From NCBI GenBank assembly GCA_013239625.1, contig MU057346.1, positions 5,914,431 to 5,978,430 of the forward strand: a DNA stretch of 64,000 nucleotides, given 5' to 3'. Made by a program: the position numbers and the translations under genes. The number at the start of each line of letters is the position of its first letter. Within the stretch, counting starts at the first letter, position 1. Under the pieces are notes generated by a model. It did not search any database and had not been told where the DNA came from. It saw only the letters and a list, made by a program, of their open reading frames with translations. This document shows, one piece after another, positions 12,665 to 24,994 of this stretch. The DNA is from Lama guanicoe (lineage: Eukaryota).

Positions 12665-12770
12665 TCAAGTGTGGGCTGTGGAGCCAGGCATGCCCAGGTT
12701 CAAATCTTTGCTTTGCCTCTTAATGGTTTGTATGAAGTTGGGTGAGTGAGTCCACCACTCTGTATCTCAC
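12665..12770 (+). mobile_element. MIR 5' fragment
   Basis: 'gtgggctgtggagccaggcatgcccaggttcaaatctttgctttgcctcttaa'. Confidence 0.7.
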
Positions 12771-13529
12771 TGGAATTGAGCCAGCTTCAGGAACACAGAT
12801 TCAGACTGCTGGGCTACCAGGCCCTGGTGATGCCTCAGACTGGATGCTGGGTGTTGTTGTGGGTGACACAGGAGGATGGGCTCAAATCTTCCCCAGGAAG
12901 CTGGCATGTGAGGGGCTGAGGGCAGTTTCCCTGGGGTGTGTTGGATGTGGTGGGAACCAAGCACAGGAACGCTGCCTCCCTCATTGTGAAACTCTTCCTT
13001 GGCCCAGCCATTTCCTTCTCTGGTTCTCCAGTGTGGGTCCCATTAAGTTCCCATCCCCATTCCCCACCCCTCTCCATCTGTCTCCTCTCTAGCAACTACT
13101 TGGACTTGGGACCCCAATGCATATGGAAAGCAGCTGGTTAGACTTGAGGCACCTTGTTTGTTGTATGGTGCTTAGTAAAAGTGCTTGCTCTCTTTCATTG
13201 CCTTCAAGTGGAATCCTGATAAAATCAACCTAAAAACGTGTAAAGAATACCCATGTATTCCAAGATCTTTTCAGTTGTAAACTGTTGCCAGCTAAAAACA
13301 CCAGCATGGGTTTTGCTGTTTTACTCACCAGCTTGTGCATTTGAATGGAGATAGGTGCCTTAGTGTATTTGTCTCACTGTTCCCTGTTCTGAGCATAGTG
13401 GTAGGTGCTTCATAAATATTGATTGAATAATTGATTAACTAAAAGACCTGGATTTGGGCTCCATTTATGTGATCTTGGGCAAGTTGCTCAATTCTTTGAG
13501 TACATTTTGTAGAAGGTTAATAATCATCC

Positions 13530-13940
13530 CTGAGCTTTAGGTCAGACTCTCTGGAGTAGCTCCTGACATGTGGCTTCAGGTTCCAGTGACTTATTAAGGA
13601 AGTGCTGGTGTCTTGGGAGGGAAAGGGGAAGCAGTAGAGGAAAGGGAGCAATGGTGTGATCACAGGCACAGACCTGCAGAGGGAAGCTTCAGCCTGCTCC
13701 TGCATGGGAATTCTGAGGTGTGGGTTAAGGCTCCCAGTGGTCCTCACCTGTGGTAAGGGGGTTGGGCTTTTCATGCTCCTGCACCTCAGTCACTGGCTAA
13801 GGACTAGGGTGGGAAAGGGGAGTGTAAAATCTCAGACATTTCCACCTTTTCATCCTGTTGGGTAAAGTGGTCTCCAATCATCTAAGGGTAGTCCTTGTAA
13901 ACAGAGCTGCAAAGTTGGTGTGTAAGAGCAAAGGGCAGGA
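13530..13940 (-). mobile_element. ERVL solo LTR, LTR33-like
   Basis: 'ttaggtcagactctctggag...agtgacttattaaggaagtgct...cttcagcctgctcctgcatgggaattctg...cagtcactggctaagg'. Confidence 0.6.
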
Positions 13941-14109
13941 CACTGACTTTATGGCTGCATCTTACCTCATCTACATTTCTGGTACATTTTTATCAGATGA
14001 GAAAATATATGGAAATCCTTGAAAACTGTAATGTTCTATTCCAAAGTAAACGGTGGCCTTTATATTCAATAAATTATTTTAAAAAGTCTCGTGCATCTAG
14101 GAAGACCCA

Positions 14110-14610
14110 GAAAAAGGATGTTTGCGTTAATTGCACATTCTGGTTCATCAAGAGTCGCCTTTAGATAAAATTTCATGTCCTTTGAGAACTGGCAATCCAA
14201 TACCAGTTTTCAAAAAATTGTAATTTAAATTAGTGCTACAACTACAGGCAAGACAATTTAATCTCTGTTTGATGCTTCAGAAGGCATTTCCCAATCTTGT
14301 AAGGCCTCAGGGTCGTGATTATCATTGTACAGTAGACATGCACAACTGCAGTTAACAGCCTGGGTTAGGAGCATGAGAAAATTGGCTTTTCCTCTCTGTT
14401 TTGTTATGGGAGAGGTGCTGGCTGTTGCTGTATTTACAACTGGCTAAACACTGGAGTACTGACAATTTTTTGGGCCCAACGCTTTGATTTTCCTTTAATT
14501 ATATGGTTGAGACAGGCCACGACAGGGACTTTTACCTGACTTAATTAGATGATCTTAACTATAAAGACACAGACTCTGTAACATGAGTAAATAGCATTTT
14601 GCTTAGCAGT
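14110..14610. promoter_or_regulatory. Candidate conserved enhancer
   Basis: No recognisable repeat; multiple TAAT cores, TTTGAT, TATTTAC/GTAAATA. Confidence 0.35.
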
Positions 14611-15209
14611 TTCTCACTGTGTCCTAAACAAAAGCCTCAGGATCACTGTGCCCTAACACACACGTTGCCTCTTATATCAAAACACAATGTTTATGTTTTA
14701 ATTGTCATTTTAGATGTTATTTTATGTCATGTAGGGAACAATACATTTCCTCCCAAATTAGGGTGGCCAAGGTAGGGTTTTCTTTAATGAAGTCTTCTGT
14801 GAACTTACCTATTGCCAACTTTTGCCATAGTTCAAAATACCCTCTCTCTCCCACAACCATCCATTTTGAAATCACACTATTGATGCATTTTAAAAATTCT
14901 GCCGCATCTCCTGTGTTGCAGTAGGCATATATGGGATGCAAGAAAAATATAAGACCCCCAAATCAGGGGAAAATATGAAGAGGGAAAGAGAAGAAATCTT
15001 ACTCAGAACTCTAGGAATGGGAAACAGAGAAGGGACAAGAAGAGGGAAGACCTTGCCTTGGACCCAAGTACATTTCATGAAGACCAGTGACATTCCTGCA
15101 GAATATTCTAAGATTTCTTGAGCTTTTGTAATTGCCCCATGTTTATTGTTTTCATTATTTTCTTTTCCTGTCCTTTCCTCGTCATGAGTAGCTGGCAGTG
15201 AAACCAATG

Positions 15210-15430
15210 CGTTCGTTTAATTATTCATGAGACTTTTTCATATACTTTCTGTGGGCCAGGTACTGTGCTGGGCTCTGAAGCTGTGATGGTAACTCAGACC
15301 TGGCCTTGTCTTCAAGGCCTTAAGAAGTGAGGGTTGAGATGGATGTACAACACCCAGAGATGATAAGCCTTGATCATCAGAGGGAAAAGCCAAGGGCCAT
15401 AAGAACACAGAGAAGGGGAGCAGAATGGAG
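15210..15430 (-). mobile_element. L2 3' fragment
   Basis: 'ctgtgggccaggtactgtgctgggctctg...actcagacctggccttgtcttcaagg'. Confidence 0.7.
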
Positions 15431-15709
15431 GAGATTGAGAGATGAATCTCTTACACAGCAACCCTAGTGAGCACAGACCCCAACTTGCTGAAGCAGGGGG
15501 CAACTGGGAGGAAGAGCAGAGCCAGCTCTGCATGCAGCACTTACCCCATGTTTCTCAGCATGTCTCCTGATGGCACTGGAAGATGTCCCATGGACAGAAA
15601 CACAGGTCTGGCTTTTGCCTGGGGGAGAACCAGAGCATTTCCTTGTGGAAAGCCCTGGTGGGATCATGTGCCATTCTGGTGAAAGACAGTATACAAATGG
15701 ACAATGATA

Positions 15710-15940
15710 ATGACCAGGCCACATATGAAAATAGAACCCTACCTATAACCTCTGCAGCAATTGGCCACAAACAGCCAGGACTTGATCAATGACTGCCAGC
15801 TTCCCTAATTTTGCCCCTGTTTCCATTTAGGAACAAGCAGAAGAAGTCAAATCTACTCCCGAATTGACCAATTGAATAGGATGTCCTGCTTCATTAGGCC
15901 ACCCACAGCTTTCCCAGGCCAGTAGCCTCCAATCAGAGCA
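15710..15940 (+). mobile_element. Ancient ERV1-class LTR fragment (MER90/MER110-like; family uncertain)
   Basis: 'aaaatagaaccct...aacctctgcagcaa...gccaggacttgatcaatgactgccagcttccctaattttgcccctg...cctccaatcag'. Confidence 0.55.
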
Positions 15941-16902
15941 AGTGATGGTGGTTGGCTCCCCTGCTATATTAGGCCATGCTTGGTCCTCATCTGAGTGGTC
16001 TTTGTTAATTTCCACAGTTTTTGATAAAGGGTATATCAAAGCATGACCAGTGCTGACACCCACTAACCACTCAGTAAATGTTCTTTCCTAATGGAACCCC
16101 CTCCTACATTGCCAATAACATGTGTGGAAAGTGCCCTCTTTTCTTCAAAATTGCCAACCACCTGGACGAAGGTGGAATAGATCTTTATAAAATCTGTTAC
16201 AGTCAGGTTGGGAAGAACATCTGCAGCCCTGAGAGGCCTGGAAAGTATGATGTGATAGCAGGTGAGCTGCAGCTGCAGGCACAGGACCGCGCTCCAGCCT
16301 CAATCACAACAGCTCAAAGACATCTTTGAAAGCTGTGCAGAGATGACCAAGGAGGGGAATAGGATGCCTTTCAAAGGCAGAAATCTGGTTCCAAGTCAAT
16401 AGCGTTCCCCTCCAAGAGCACTTCATGATAACGAAGTTCTCAATAAGCTGTATACAAATCACATTTCTGTAAATTGGGTCCTACTTCCCCTATGATTTAC
16501 ACTTTCATTTAGATGCTGATTTATCATCATTTCTTCCCCTGGCAACCATTCTTACGACTTGCTTCTTAGTTCTAGACTCCCTGGCATATAATTAATGAGC
16601 TCTTAATATGGCTTATGGGCACCAGAGGGAACACACTATTTAAAGACGCCTTTCAGGGGATTTTCTTTTTTTTTTTGTAAAGTGAAGAATCCCTTTGTCA
16701 AGCAAAAAAAAACAAAAAACAAAAAACAAAAAACCCAAAAAACCCCACATGCATTTGGCAAATGTTGCCCTTTTGAAGTTGTGGACTGTTCAAAAGCAGA
16801 TCAAGAAGTTTGCTTGAATCAGGACATGTCAGTCTAAAAGGTTCAGCTACCCAGGAGTCCCTGAAAGTACTCAGGGTAGGAAAGAGGGTCTTATTAAAAC
16901 TT

Positions 16903-17600
16903 TTAATTAATTAATTAATTAATTGATATTCTTTAATTTGCTCACTTGTTCAACAAATATTTATTGAACACTTATTATGTGCTAGGCTCCATGCTAGTCA
17001 TTGAGGTTCTAATGGTTAGCAAGACACACATGGCCATTGTGCTTATAGTGCTGATTGTAGCCTGTTGGGGGAGACAGATATAAGCACATAATAGTGTAGA
17101 TGATTAGTTCACTACACTTTTGATAAATGCTGCCAAGCGACCAAGGAGGAAGGCTGATGAGGCCTGAGCTGGTGTAGGGGAGGGAAAGCGGCCAAGGAGT
17201 TGATAGTTAAGCTGAGTTCCAAGGATAAATTAGAATTAACCAGGGAAAGGCCAGAACAGAATGTGCAAAGGCCCTGTGGAAGAGGCCTAGCCCTTTTGAG
17301 GGACTGGGAGAAGAACTCTGGGTGGAGCAGAGTGATGAAAACAGAGAGTGGGAGAAAAGCCCATGAGGTAAATGTGGGTACCATGGGGACAGTTCTTATG
17401 AATTAAATGTTCAGAATTATATCCTTGGAGCAATGAATAAATTACTGACTGTTAAAGGCAGGAAAGTGACATGCTCAGATCTACCTTTTAGAGAGGGAAA
17501 TTTGTGCTGTGGGGAATGGATTGGAGGAGATAAGGAAGGGATCAGGAGCACCTGTTAGGAGCCTATAACCTTTGTCTAGGGTGAAAGAGGTGATGTTCAC
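16903..17600 (-). mobile_element. L2 LINE 3' region with a (TTAA)n-converted tail
   Basis: 'ttcaacaaatatttattgaacacttattatgtgctagg', 'atgtgcaaaggccctgtgg', 'ggaaagtgacatgctcagatct'. Confidence 0.85.
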
Positions 17601-19111
17601 TGGTGGCTTTATCAAGCATAGCCTGCAGGAGAATTGGGTAGTGAGTATTAGGATTCAACTCAGTCAATTTCACAAAGAGACAAGAGAGATCCAGGGGTCC
17701 AAGAACAGTTAGAAGACTGACTCCTCCCAGGAACAGGGGCCCACTCCTGAGTGCAGCATCTTCATTTCAGCCCTGGTGTGGAGCCCAGGGCTGTCCTGGC
17801 TTCCCCAAGGTGGGAACAGATACAGGCACTGCTGACAGCCTGTTCTGAAATTCCCCCAGCAGGCTTTGGAGACAGGGCTTTTCTCAAGAGCTCTGACCTG
17901 GAATTGGGGTCAGGAATTATTGTCTCTGTGAGTGGGCCTGATGAGGAGAATTTTCTGGATACAGTCCCCATTCTTCAGGGGAGTGTCTAAGTGTTTAGGG
18001 CCTCCAGAGCTGGTCTTCATGGGCCCTCCATTGGACACCAGCTAGGAGTTCTCAAATGCCAGCAGATAAAGGAGTCCTTGGGGGAGAAGCTTCCTCAAAT
18101 AGCAGGCTCTTGGGACCTGTTTCCATTGATTCTGTTTCAGTCTGTCTGTGTTTCATAATAGGCTATCCATGCCCCCCCCTCTTTGTTTCTAATGCAGATG
18201 GCCTTTAAGTCACTTTAAAATTCTGGAAACTGCTGTCCTAGCCATTTAGGCCTCCAGGACACTGGTTTGCCCGAGCTCAGTAAAACATGGTCTCTCATTC
18301 TAGGCACTCACTAACACTTAGGAAGTTCAAGAGACTGGGTGGGATTCTTGAATTGAAAGATGGCTTGAGAGCCAAGACTGAACCTTCCTGCTCCCTCAAA
18401 TTATGTAATTCTGAAAATTGTCCCCCAGTTTTGACTCAGTGTGGCCAAAGCATCAGGGAGCTTGTGGCTTTAGCAAGTGTCTTGGGTGATCCTTATGTTT
18501 GGGTTGGTTGGGGACCTTTGTCCTGGAGGCTTCATGGGGAGCTCTGGCCCTCAGGAATCCCTGAGTATTTTCAGGGGGCCTCAGGGAGCCCCAGGGGGCC
18601 CAGGAGGCCTCATGTTCTTTGGTTCTGAGAATTCTGCTTGCCCCTGGGTGGGGTCTGATGTGTCTACCTGGCTTTGCAGTCAAGCCAAGGGAAGAACCTG
18701 TGAAGGCAGCCGTCTCAGGCTCAGGATACCCAGCTGAAATGTGTCACTCATTGCTGAGGGCCATCCCAAAACTAGCTTCAGCAAACCTGGGAAATGAATA
18801 GTTTCAAAATATCATTTAGTCCAGAAGAGCTGTGTCCATTCAGTGTCTGGTGGAACTAGTGAAACGAGGGGCAGCTGCTTTGATGGGCTTCTTGGGAACA
18901 AGGAAGAAAACTTCTTACACTTGAGTTTCTAGAAAGCAAGGATGAAGGCTCCTTTGAGTCAGATCTGCTCTAGTGGTGTATCTGAGTTTGTTGTTCAGTT
19001 TACCTTAATGATCAAGGAGGCCCCTCAGAGCTGTGTAGGGAAGGTTTGGGGAACTAGGAAATTCAAGAGAGTTGGAGTTTGCTCTTGAAGCTTCTTCAGT
19101 TAAGCTCTAAG

Positions 19112-19280
19112 GCAGTGGCTACATTTAACAAAAACAATAAAAGAGTTAAAAAATGCCTGCTGGCCACACCGCAGGCTAATTGAATCAGAATATTTATGGG
19201 AGGGGGACTGGGGAGCTGTACTGTTTTTAGAAGCTCTCCTGGTGACTGTAATGCACATGTTATTGGGGGTGTATAAGCCT
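19112..19280. mobile_element. MER5-family DNA transposon, degraded
   Basis: 'cagtggct...aattgaatcagaatatt...tttttagaagctctcctggtgactgtaatgcac'. Confidence 0.6.
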
Positions 19281-20204
19281 GGAGGGATGGAGGCCATTTT
19301 TGGGTGCCTGGATGTTAGGGGAATTCAAAGGAGGTAGGTGTAGTATGTGGGGGCTCAGGGATAGAGAAAGAAGCTTAAGTAGGTCCAAGCTGGGATCTGA
19401 TGCCAAAGGCCAGAACTGACACTTCTCTGTGCCAGGCGTATAACTGCAGAGCCATCACCAGACTTACTCCTTGGAGAAGAGGAAAGTCGCCATGCCTTGG
19501 CATGGATGCCTGGCAGCCTGTCTATGTGCCAGGGACTTTGTTTAGGGAAGGCCTCTGCCTTCAGCTTCTCTCATCAGTTTCTTCCAGACTGTGATTCAGA
19601 TGCCTAATGCGACCCTTTAAGCTATCTGGGATCAGGGAGTTGGCTGGGAATCTGGAGTCTGCAGGATTCCTGGGGCTGAAAGGTTGCAGTTCCCAATGCT
19701 GCTGGGTTTCTTGGCAGCCCCATGCTGGGGAGGACATTGTTAGCACCTTGAGGGTCCTGTCCGTAGGTGGGTGGAGAGCTACTGAATGGCTCTAGGAGGA
19801 AATGAAGTGACAAATGCCTGCTGGTCCAAAAAATGTCCTCTGAGATAATTGTGGGCATAAATCTGGGGATAGTGGGTGGGCTGGCAGAGGCAGGGCATGG
19901 CTAGGAGCTGTGGAGACTCCCAGCAGGCAGGGCAGATGTGGACCATGTTTGAGGTGCTGTGGGAGGTGAGCTTCTCTTTGCTTTTGTGAAGAATTGGCTG
20001 ATCTTTGTGATTGCTGCAACAGTGGGAAAGGGAGTTGAGAGGTGATTAGGGACTCTGCTTTGCTGCAGAGACTGATTGAGCTTTGGGCTCAGATCCAGGT
20101 ATCACTGAACAGAGGTTTACAACTAGGTTGGAGATTGAAGAATCTCAAATCCTTTGTCCCTCCACATCTGGTGGCTTTCTTGAGCTTTGGAGTTAGATTA
20201 GTTC

Positions 20205-21345
20205 AACAAAATATCCTTATTCATTATCAAACATTTATTGAGCACCTGCTGTATACCCAGCACTGTTCTTGGTCTTAGAGATTTATTAGTGAACAAGCAG
20301 ACAAGAATGTGCTCTCCCTATATACAATAGCCAAGACATGGAAGTAGCCAAAATGTCCATCGACAGATGGCNNNNNNNNNNNNNNNNNNNNNNNNNNNNN
20401 NNNNNNNNNNNNNNNNNNNNNNNNNNNNNNNNNNNNNNNNNNNNNNNNNNNNNNNNNNNNNNNNNNNNNNNNNNNNNNNNNNNNNNNNNNNNNNNNNNNN
20501 NNNNAAAGAAAAATACCATATGATACCATTCATATGTGGAATCTAAAAAAACAAAAAAGAAAAAAAAAGAGGATACTAATGAACTCATCTACAAAACAGA
20601 AACAGATTTGCAAGCATAGTAAACAATTTTATGGTTACTGGGGTAAGGTGGTGGGAAGAGAGAAATTTGGGAGTTTGAGATTTGCAAAAGTTAACTGCTG
20701 TATATAAAAACAGATAAAAAACAAATTTCTTCTTTATAACACAGGGAACTATATTCAATATCTTATAATAACCTTTAATGAAAAAGAATATTAATACAAA
20801 TATATGTATGTATATGCATGACTAGGACATTATGCTGTACACCAGAAATTGACACATTGTAACTGACTATACTTCTTTAAAAAAAATCAAAAAAAAAAAA
20901 GAACATGCTCTCATGGGAAACAGACACTAATCATAAACTGACCAAGTAAATAAGTGTAAGTGCTATGATAGCATAGGGCAGTGGGACAGAGTGTGCATTG
21001 GGCAGGGGCAGTGGAGTCCTGAAGATAAGAAGGACCTAGCCCTGGGAAGATCTGAGGGAAACACTTTCCAGGTATAGGGAGCAGTTGATCTGAAGGTCCT
21101 AAGGCAGGCATGGGCTTGGAGGGTTTGGGAAACAGAAAGAGTCCAGGTGTGGCTGGGGTGAACTGAACTAGGGGAGTGAGAATGCAATGAATAAAGAGGG
21201 AAGGCAAGACCAGATTATATAGGGCCTGGTGGGCTTGAGTAAAAGGGTTTGCGTTTTACTTGAGTGTACTATGATGCCACGGGAAGGTTTTACATAGGAA
21301 AATGACGTGATCTGATTTATGTTTTTAAAGCATCACTTTGACTAC
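20205..21345 (-). mobile_element. L2 LINE hosting a younger L1 and (at its right side) an MLT1C
   Basis: 'caaacatttattgagcacctgctgtatacccagcactg'; resumes at 20913; 'cagattatatagggcct...tgatctgatttatgtttttaaagcatcact'. Confidence 0.8.
20317..20900 (+). mobile_element. Lineage-specific (camelid-like) L1 3' end with poly(A) and 14-bp TSD
   Basis: 'tatacaatagccaagacatggaag', 'atgaactcatctacaaaacagaaacaga', 'ctgtacaccagaaattgacacattgtaactgactatac' plus A-tail; TSD aagaatgtgctctc (20303-20316) / aagaacatgctctc (20899-20912). Confidence 0.92.
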
Positions 21346-22735
21346 TGTATTAGTTTCTTATGGTTGCCATAACAAAAAATATTTAAGCCGCACACTGACT
21401 ATATGGCTTAAAACAACGGTACTTTGTTCTCTCACAGTACTACAGTTTAGAGGTCCAAAGTCAAAGTGTCAACAAGTTTGGTTCCTTCTGGAGGCTCTGA
21501 GAAACTGTTCCATGCCTCTCTAGTTTCTGGTAGTTACCGAAATCCTTGGCATTCCTTGGCTTGTAGCTGCATTACTCCAATCTTCACCTCTGTCTTCTTA
21601 TGGCCTTCATATATATATCTTCTCCCATTCTCTTCTCTTATAAACACACTTGTCATCGGATTTAGGGCCCACACTAATTAAGGTTGATTTTTTTCTCAGG
21701 GTCCTTGATAACATCTTCAAAGACACGTTTTCCAAATAAGGTCACATTCATAGGTTATGGGTAGGCATGTTAGCAGATGGAGGGGCCCCTGAATTAGGAA
21801 AACCACCAAAGTGTGGATTCTTGCTGCTGGCTGTGAAAGAATTCACACAGCAGAGGCAGAAGGATGAAGTAAACAGCCGCTTTGTTGTTCAGAAGCTGAA
21901 ATGGAAGGAAAGTGCTTGAGCACAGAGAAGGGGAAGAAAAGCATTCGAGGGAGAAAGAGGCACTTGAGCAGGGAGCCATCAGCTAAGATGGGCAGTAGGG
22001 ACAGCTCTGGCCCGGGTTGGGCCACGTGGACTTTATGGAAGGCTTCGGCCATCATGTTCTCCTTCTGGGTGTGATGGAGCCAATCAGTCCTTTGAGTTTT
22101 TCAGTCCTTATGGGTTTTTCTGGTTGTTGTCATGGCAATCATCAACTGTCATGGTGCTGGTAGGTGTGTCACTTAGCATGGTAATACATTACAATGAGCG
22201 TATAATGAAGCTCCAGGTCCGCTGGAAGTCAAATCCTCCACAGTCTTGGACTGAGTGGGTTCTAACTAGTTCTTGTTTCTTCTCTGCAGCTGCCTCCTGA
22301 GACTTAGATAAGAGTAATTGGTTTCTATTTGAGGGAGGGGCAGGGTTATGATCCTGGGGGCAATAGCCTTGGTCATAAAAAGGAAAGTTGCTTTTAATCA
22401 GAATGCCTACAATCTAGTGGACCCAGTATCCAGTTCTCCCCACCCCCCACCCCAAAAAAAACTGTCTCCGAAGATTCTGTTCAGTCATGAAAGTTTTAAA
22501 GGAAACTGAATGAATAATCTCAGTTAATCATTGAGATAGGTGGTCAGAGCTGTTGGCATCCCTCAGTGCCTTCAGGCTTGTCCTAATCAACTACTTGAGC
22601 CTGCTTTTCTATGACTCAGGGAGGCCTGGGAGACTTGGGCTTTTCTATAAACGAGAGGCAGGGGTAGGGGGGTGGCACAGGGTCCTGCTCCCTTTCATAC
22701 GTATCTTTTGGGAAGCCACCATTCAGCCCACTACA
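21346..22735 (-). mobile_element. MLT1C-like MaLR LTR split by a nested ERV LTR insertion
   Basis: 'tgtattagtttc...ccaaataaggtcacattcataggtt' breaks at 21767 and resumes at 22698 'tatcttttgggaagccaccattcagcccactaca'; perfect TSD actac (21341-21345, 22736-22740). Confidence 0.9.
21768..22697 (-). mobile_element. ERV1-class LTR sequence (930 bp, possibly composite) nested in MLT1C
   Basis: TG...CA ends ('tgttagcagatggagggg' to 'gggtcctgctccctttca'); 'tggattcttgctgctggctgtgaaagaattca' and 'gttgcttttaatcagaatgcc' resemble reversed ERV LTR R/U5 segments. Confidence 0.65.
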
Positions 22736-22789
22736 ACTACTATGTTAAAAATGGATTTAGGATAAGACTGGGAGCAGGACACAGATATA

Positions 22790-23025
22790 GTAGCCTAAGC
22801 AAGTGATCATGGAAGCTGGGAATAGTGAATTCTGGTTCTGCTCTTAGGAGCTGGGTACCTTTGTTGGGCTTCATAAAGGCTGAAGAAATAAGAATAACAA
22901 TAGTTCCTATTATGTAGACTGCTGTGAGTATTAAATGAGATAATGCGTAAAGAGTGCTTAGCATGATCCCTGGCCCATAGCAATAGCTCAGTAAAATGTT
23001 ACTGGCTTTTGTTGTTGATAATGTT
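22790..23025 (+). mobile_element. MIR SINE
   Basis: 'gctgtgagtattaaatgagataatgcgtaaagagtgcttagcatga...ctcagtaaaatgtta'. Confidence 0.8.
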
Positions 23026-23174
23026 AGCAGGACAGTCAGCCTGATCAGTTTACATTGTGGCTAGTGGCTAGTTGGTCTTGCAATGAATTGGAGGAGCATT
23101 CAGTTCAGATTTTGGCCATTTTGGATCTGGCTGCGTGGTCAGTGGTGGTAGGGGTGCCTTGGGCAGAAGGAGTG

Positions 23175-23565
23175 AATCAACCAGTGTTCTACTACAGAAC
23201 AGACCCAGAGAACAGAATATATATATATATATATATTTTTTTTCCTTTTTTTTTCAGGCTGACAAGTCTGAAATCTTTAGGCAGGTTGTCAGACTGCATG
23301 CTTTTGAGCAAGAACTGATGCTGCAGTCCACAGGAGGGATTTCTTCTTCCTCTGGGAAACTTCAGTTTTGCTCTTAAGGCCTTTCAACTGATTGAACACG
23401 GTCCACCCAAGTTTATCGAGGATAATCTCTTTTTCTTAAACTCAAACTGATTGAAGATGTTCAGCATATATAGAAAATACCTTTACAGCAAGATCTAGAC
23501 TAGTGTTTTATTGCATAACTGGGTAATAAAGCCTGGCCAAGTCAACACATAAAATCAGCCATTCC
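23175..23565 (-). mobile_element. MLT2D-like ERVL LTR with internal (TA)n
   Basis: 'aagtctgaaatctttaggcagg...cttcagttttgctcttaaggcctttcaactgattg...gcctggccaagtcaacacataaaatcagcca'. Confidence 0.85.
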
Positions 23566-24114
23566 GAGGCAGCTGGCAATGAGGCCCACATCCTGGGTTG
23601 AGACCAGTACTTTGGGAGAGGATGGGCCAGACTAGAAGGAAAGTACAGCACATGAGTAGAGGGCCTGAGCAGAACCTCAGCAGACCTGGGTGGTCCAGAA
23701 AGAAGTGGAGCCTCCTATTAGTAGCTGGCAGCCCAGGGAATAGACCGTAAGATGAGTGGAAGACCACTGGCTGGCAGGGAAGCAGGCAGGCATTGATAAC
23801 TGTAATCTCAGGATCCAACCTCCGTCATTCATAATTCTAAAGCTGAGTTAATATTGGTGTGGCTTCCTAATGTCCAGGGATGGAAAGTCTAATCTTGATC
23901 AATGTCCTACCTTAGAAGTTGGTATAGAGTGATTCTCATAAAGATTGAAAGGAAGAATGTTGATAGGTAACCTTGTATTTATATGTGGAGTTCTCTGAAA
24001 AGCCAAGATATCAAAAGGGCATACAGGAAGCAGAAAAAGTGACAAAGGATTGAAAATAGATACTTCTTCCCGAACTCAAAACAATGGCCCTGAACTTAAA
24101 GAATCATGCTGGCT

Positions 24115-24355
24115 GCTGGGTTATTGGGTACCTTCTATACACCAGAAACTGCTAAGCAGTTTGCTTATATTTTCTCATTTAATATTCACAACAACCATCT
24201 GATATGGATATGGTGATTTTTCCCACTTAGAGAAAGGGAAATTTAAGTTCTGAGATGTTAAGAAACATCCCAAGGCCATGCAGTTTCTACTTGGCAGATC
24301 TGGGACACAAACCCCTAACAGCCTAACTCTAGAGCCTGTGCTCCTTACTATCTCA
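24115..24355 (-). mobile_element. MIR SINE
   Basis: 'ttctcatttaatattcacaacaacc...gagatgttaagaaacatcccaaggcca...ctctagagcctgtgctc'. Confidence 0.8.
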
Positions 24356-24994
24356 CTTCATCTAAAACTCAGAAGAACCAAAGCTTGAGAAACAACTGAA
24401 AGGAGCTTTTCATTTCCATCTGAGGGAAAAAAAAAATGGATAAACAGGGGAAGGACTGCTTGGGGGAGATTTTAACAGATGAGAGAGAAAGCAGAACTAC
24501 TTAATTGCTGTTTGAATTCTGACTTGTCTACCAAGGAGAATGATTTTGCTCTGGGAAAAAAGCAGAATAAAGGGGAGGGAGTCAGGGCAGTGTGGGTGTG
24601 AAGGCAGGTAGCCAGCGTGGTTCATAGACATGAGCTCAGGTCTTCAGACTTGGATGAAATTCGTCTTAACGAGTATGTGGGAACTATCAAGCGTAAAATC
24701 TATGGTGCTGGTTGCTACATAGGATATAGAGGTGCTGCTTTTGAACTTCCCCCTTCTCCTTAGTCGGGTATCTTCTCCTCAATATATTTATGACATTCAC
24801 ACAAGCAGATTTTTTTTCCTTATCCACATCTATTTCTTGAGAGCCCTTTGGCATAAGAAGCATATGTCAAACACGAAGGGTATAAAGCACATACATGGCA
24901 AACTTCTAAACAAGTTATGTGTTAAAATGTCTTCTCTCCCTTCTCTTTGTCCTTATGTTTGAACATTACAGCTAAAAGAATGGTGTACAGAAAA

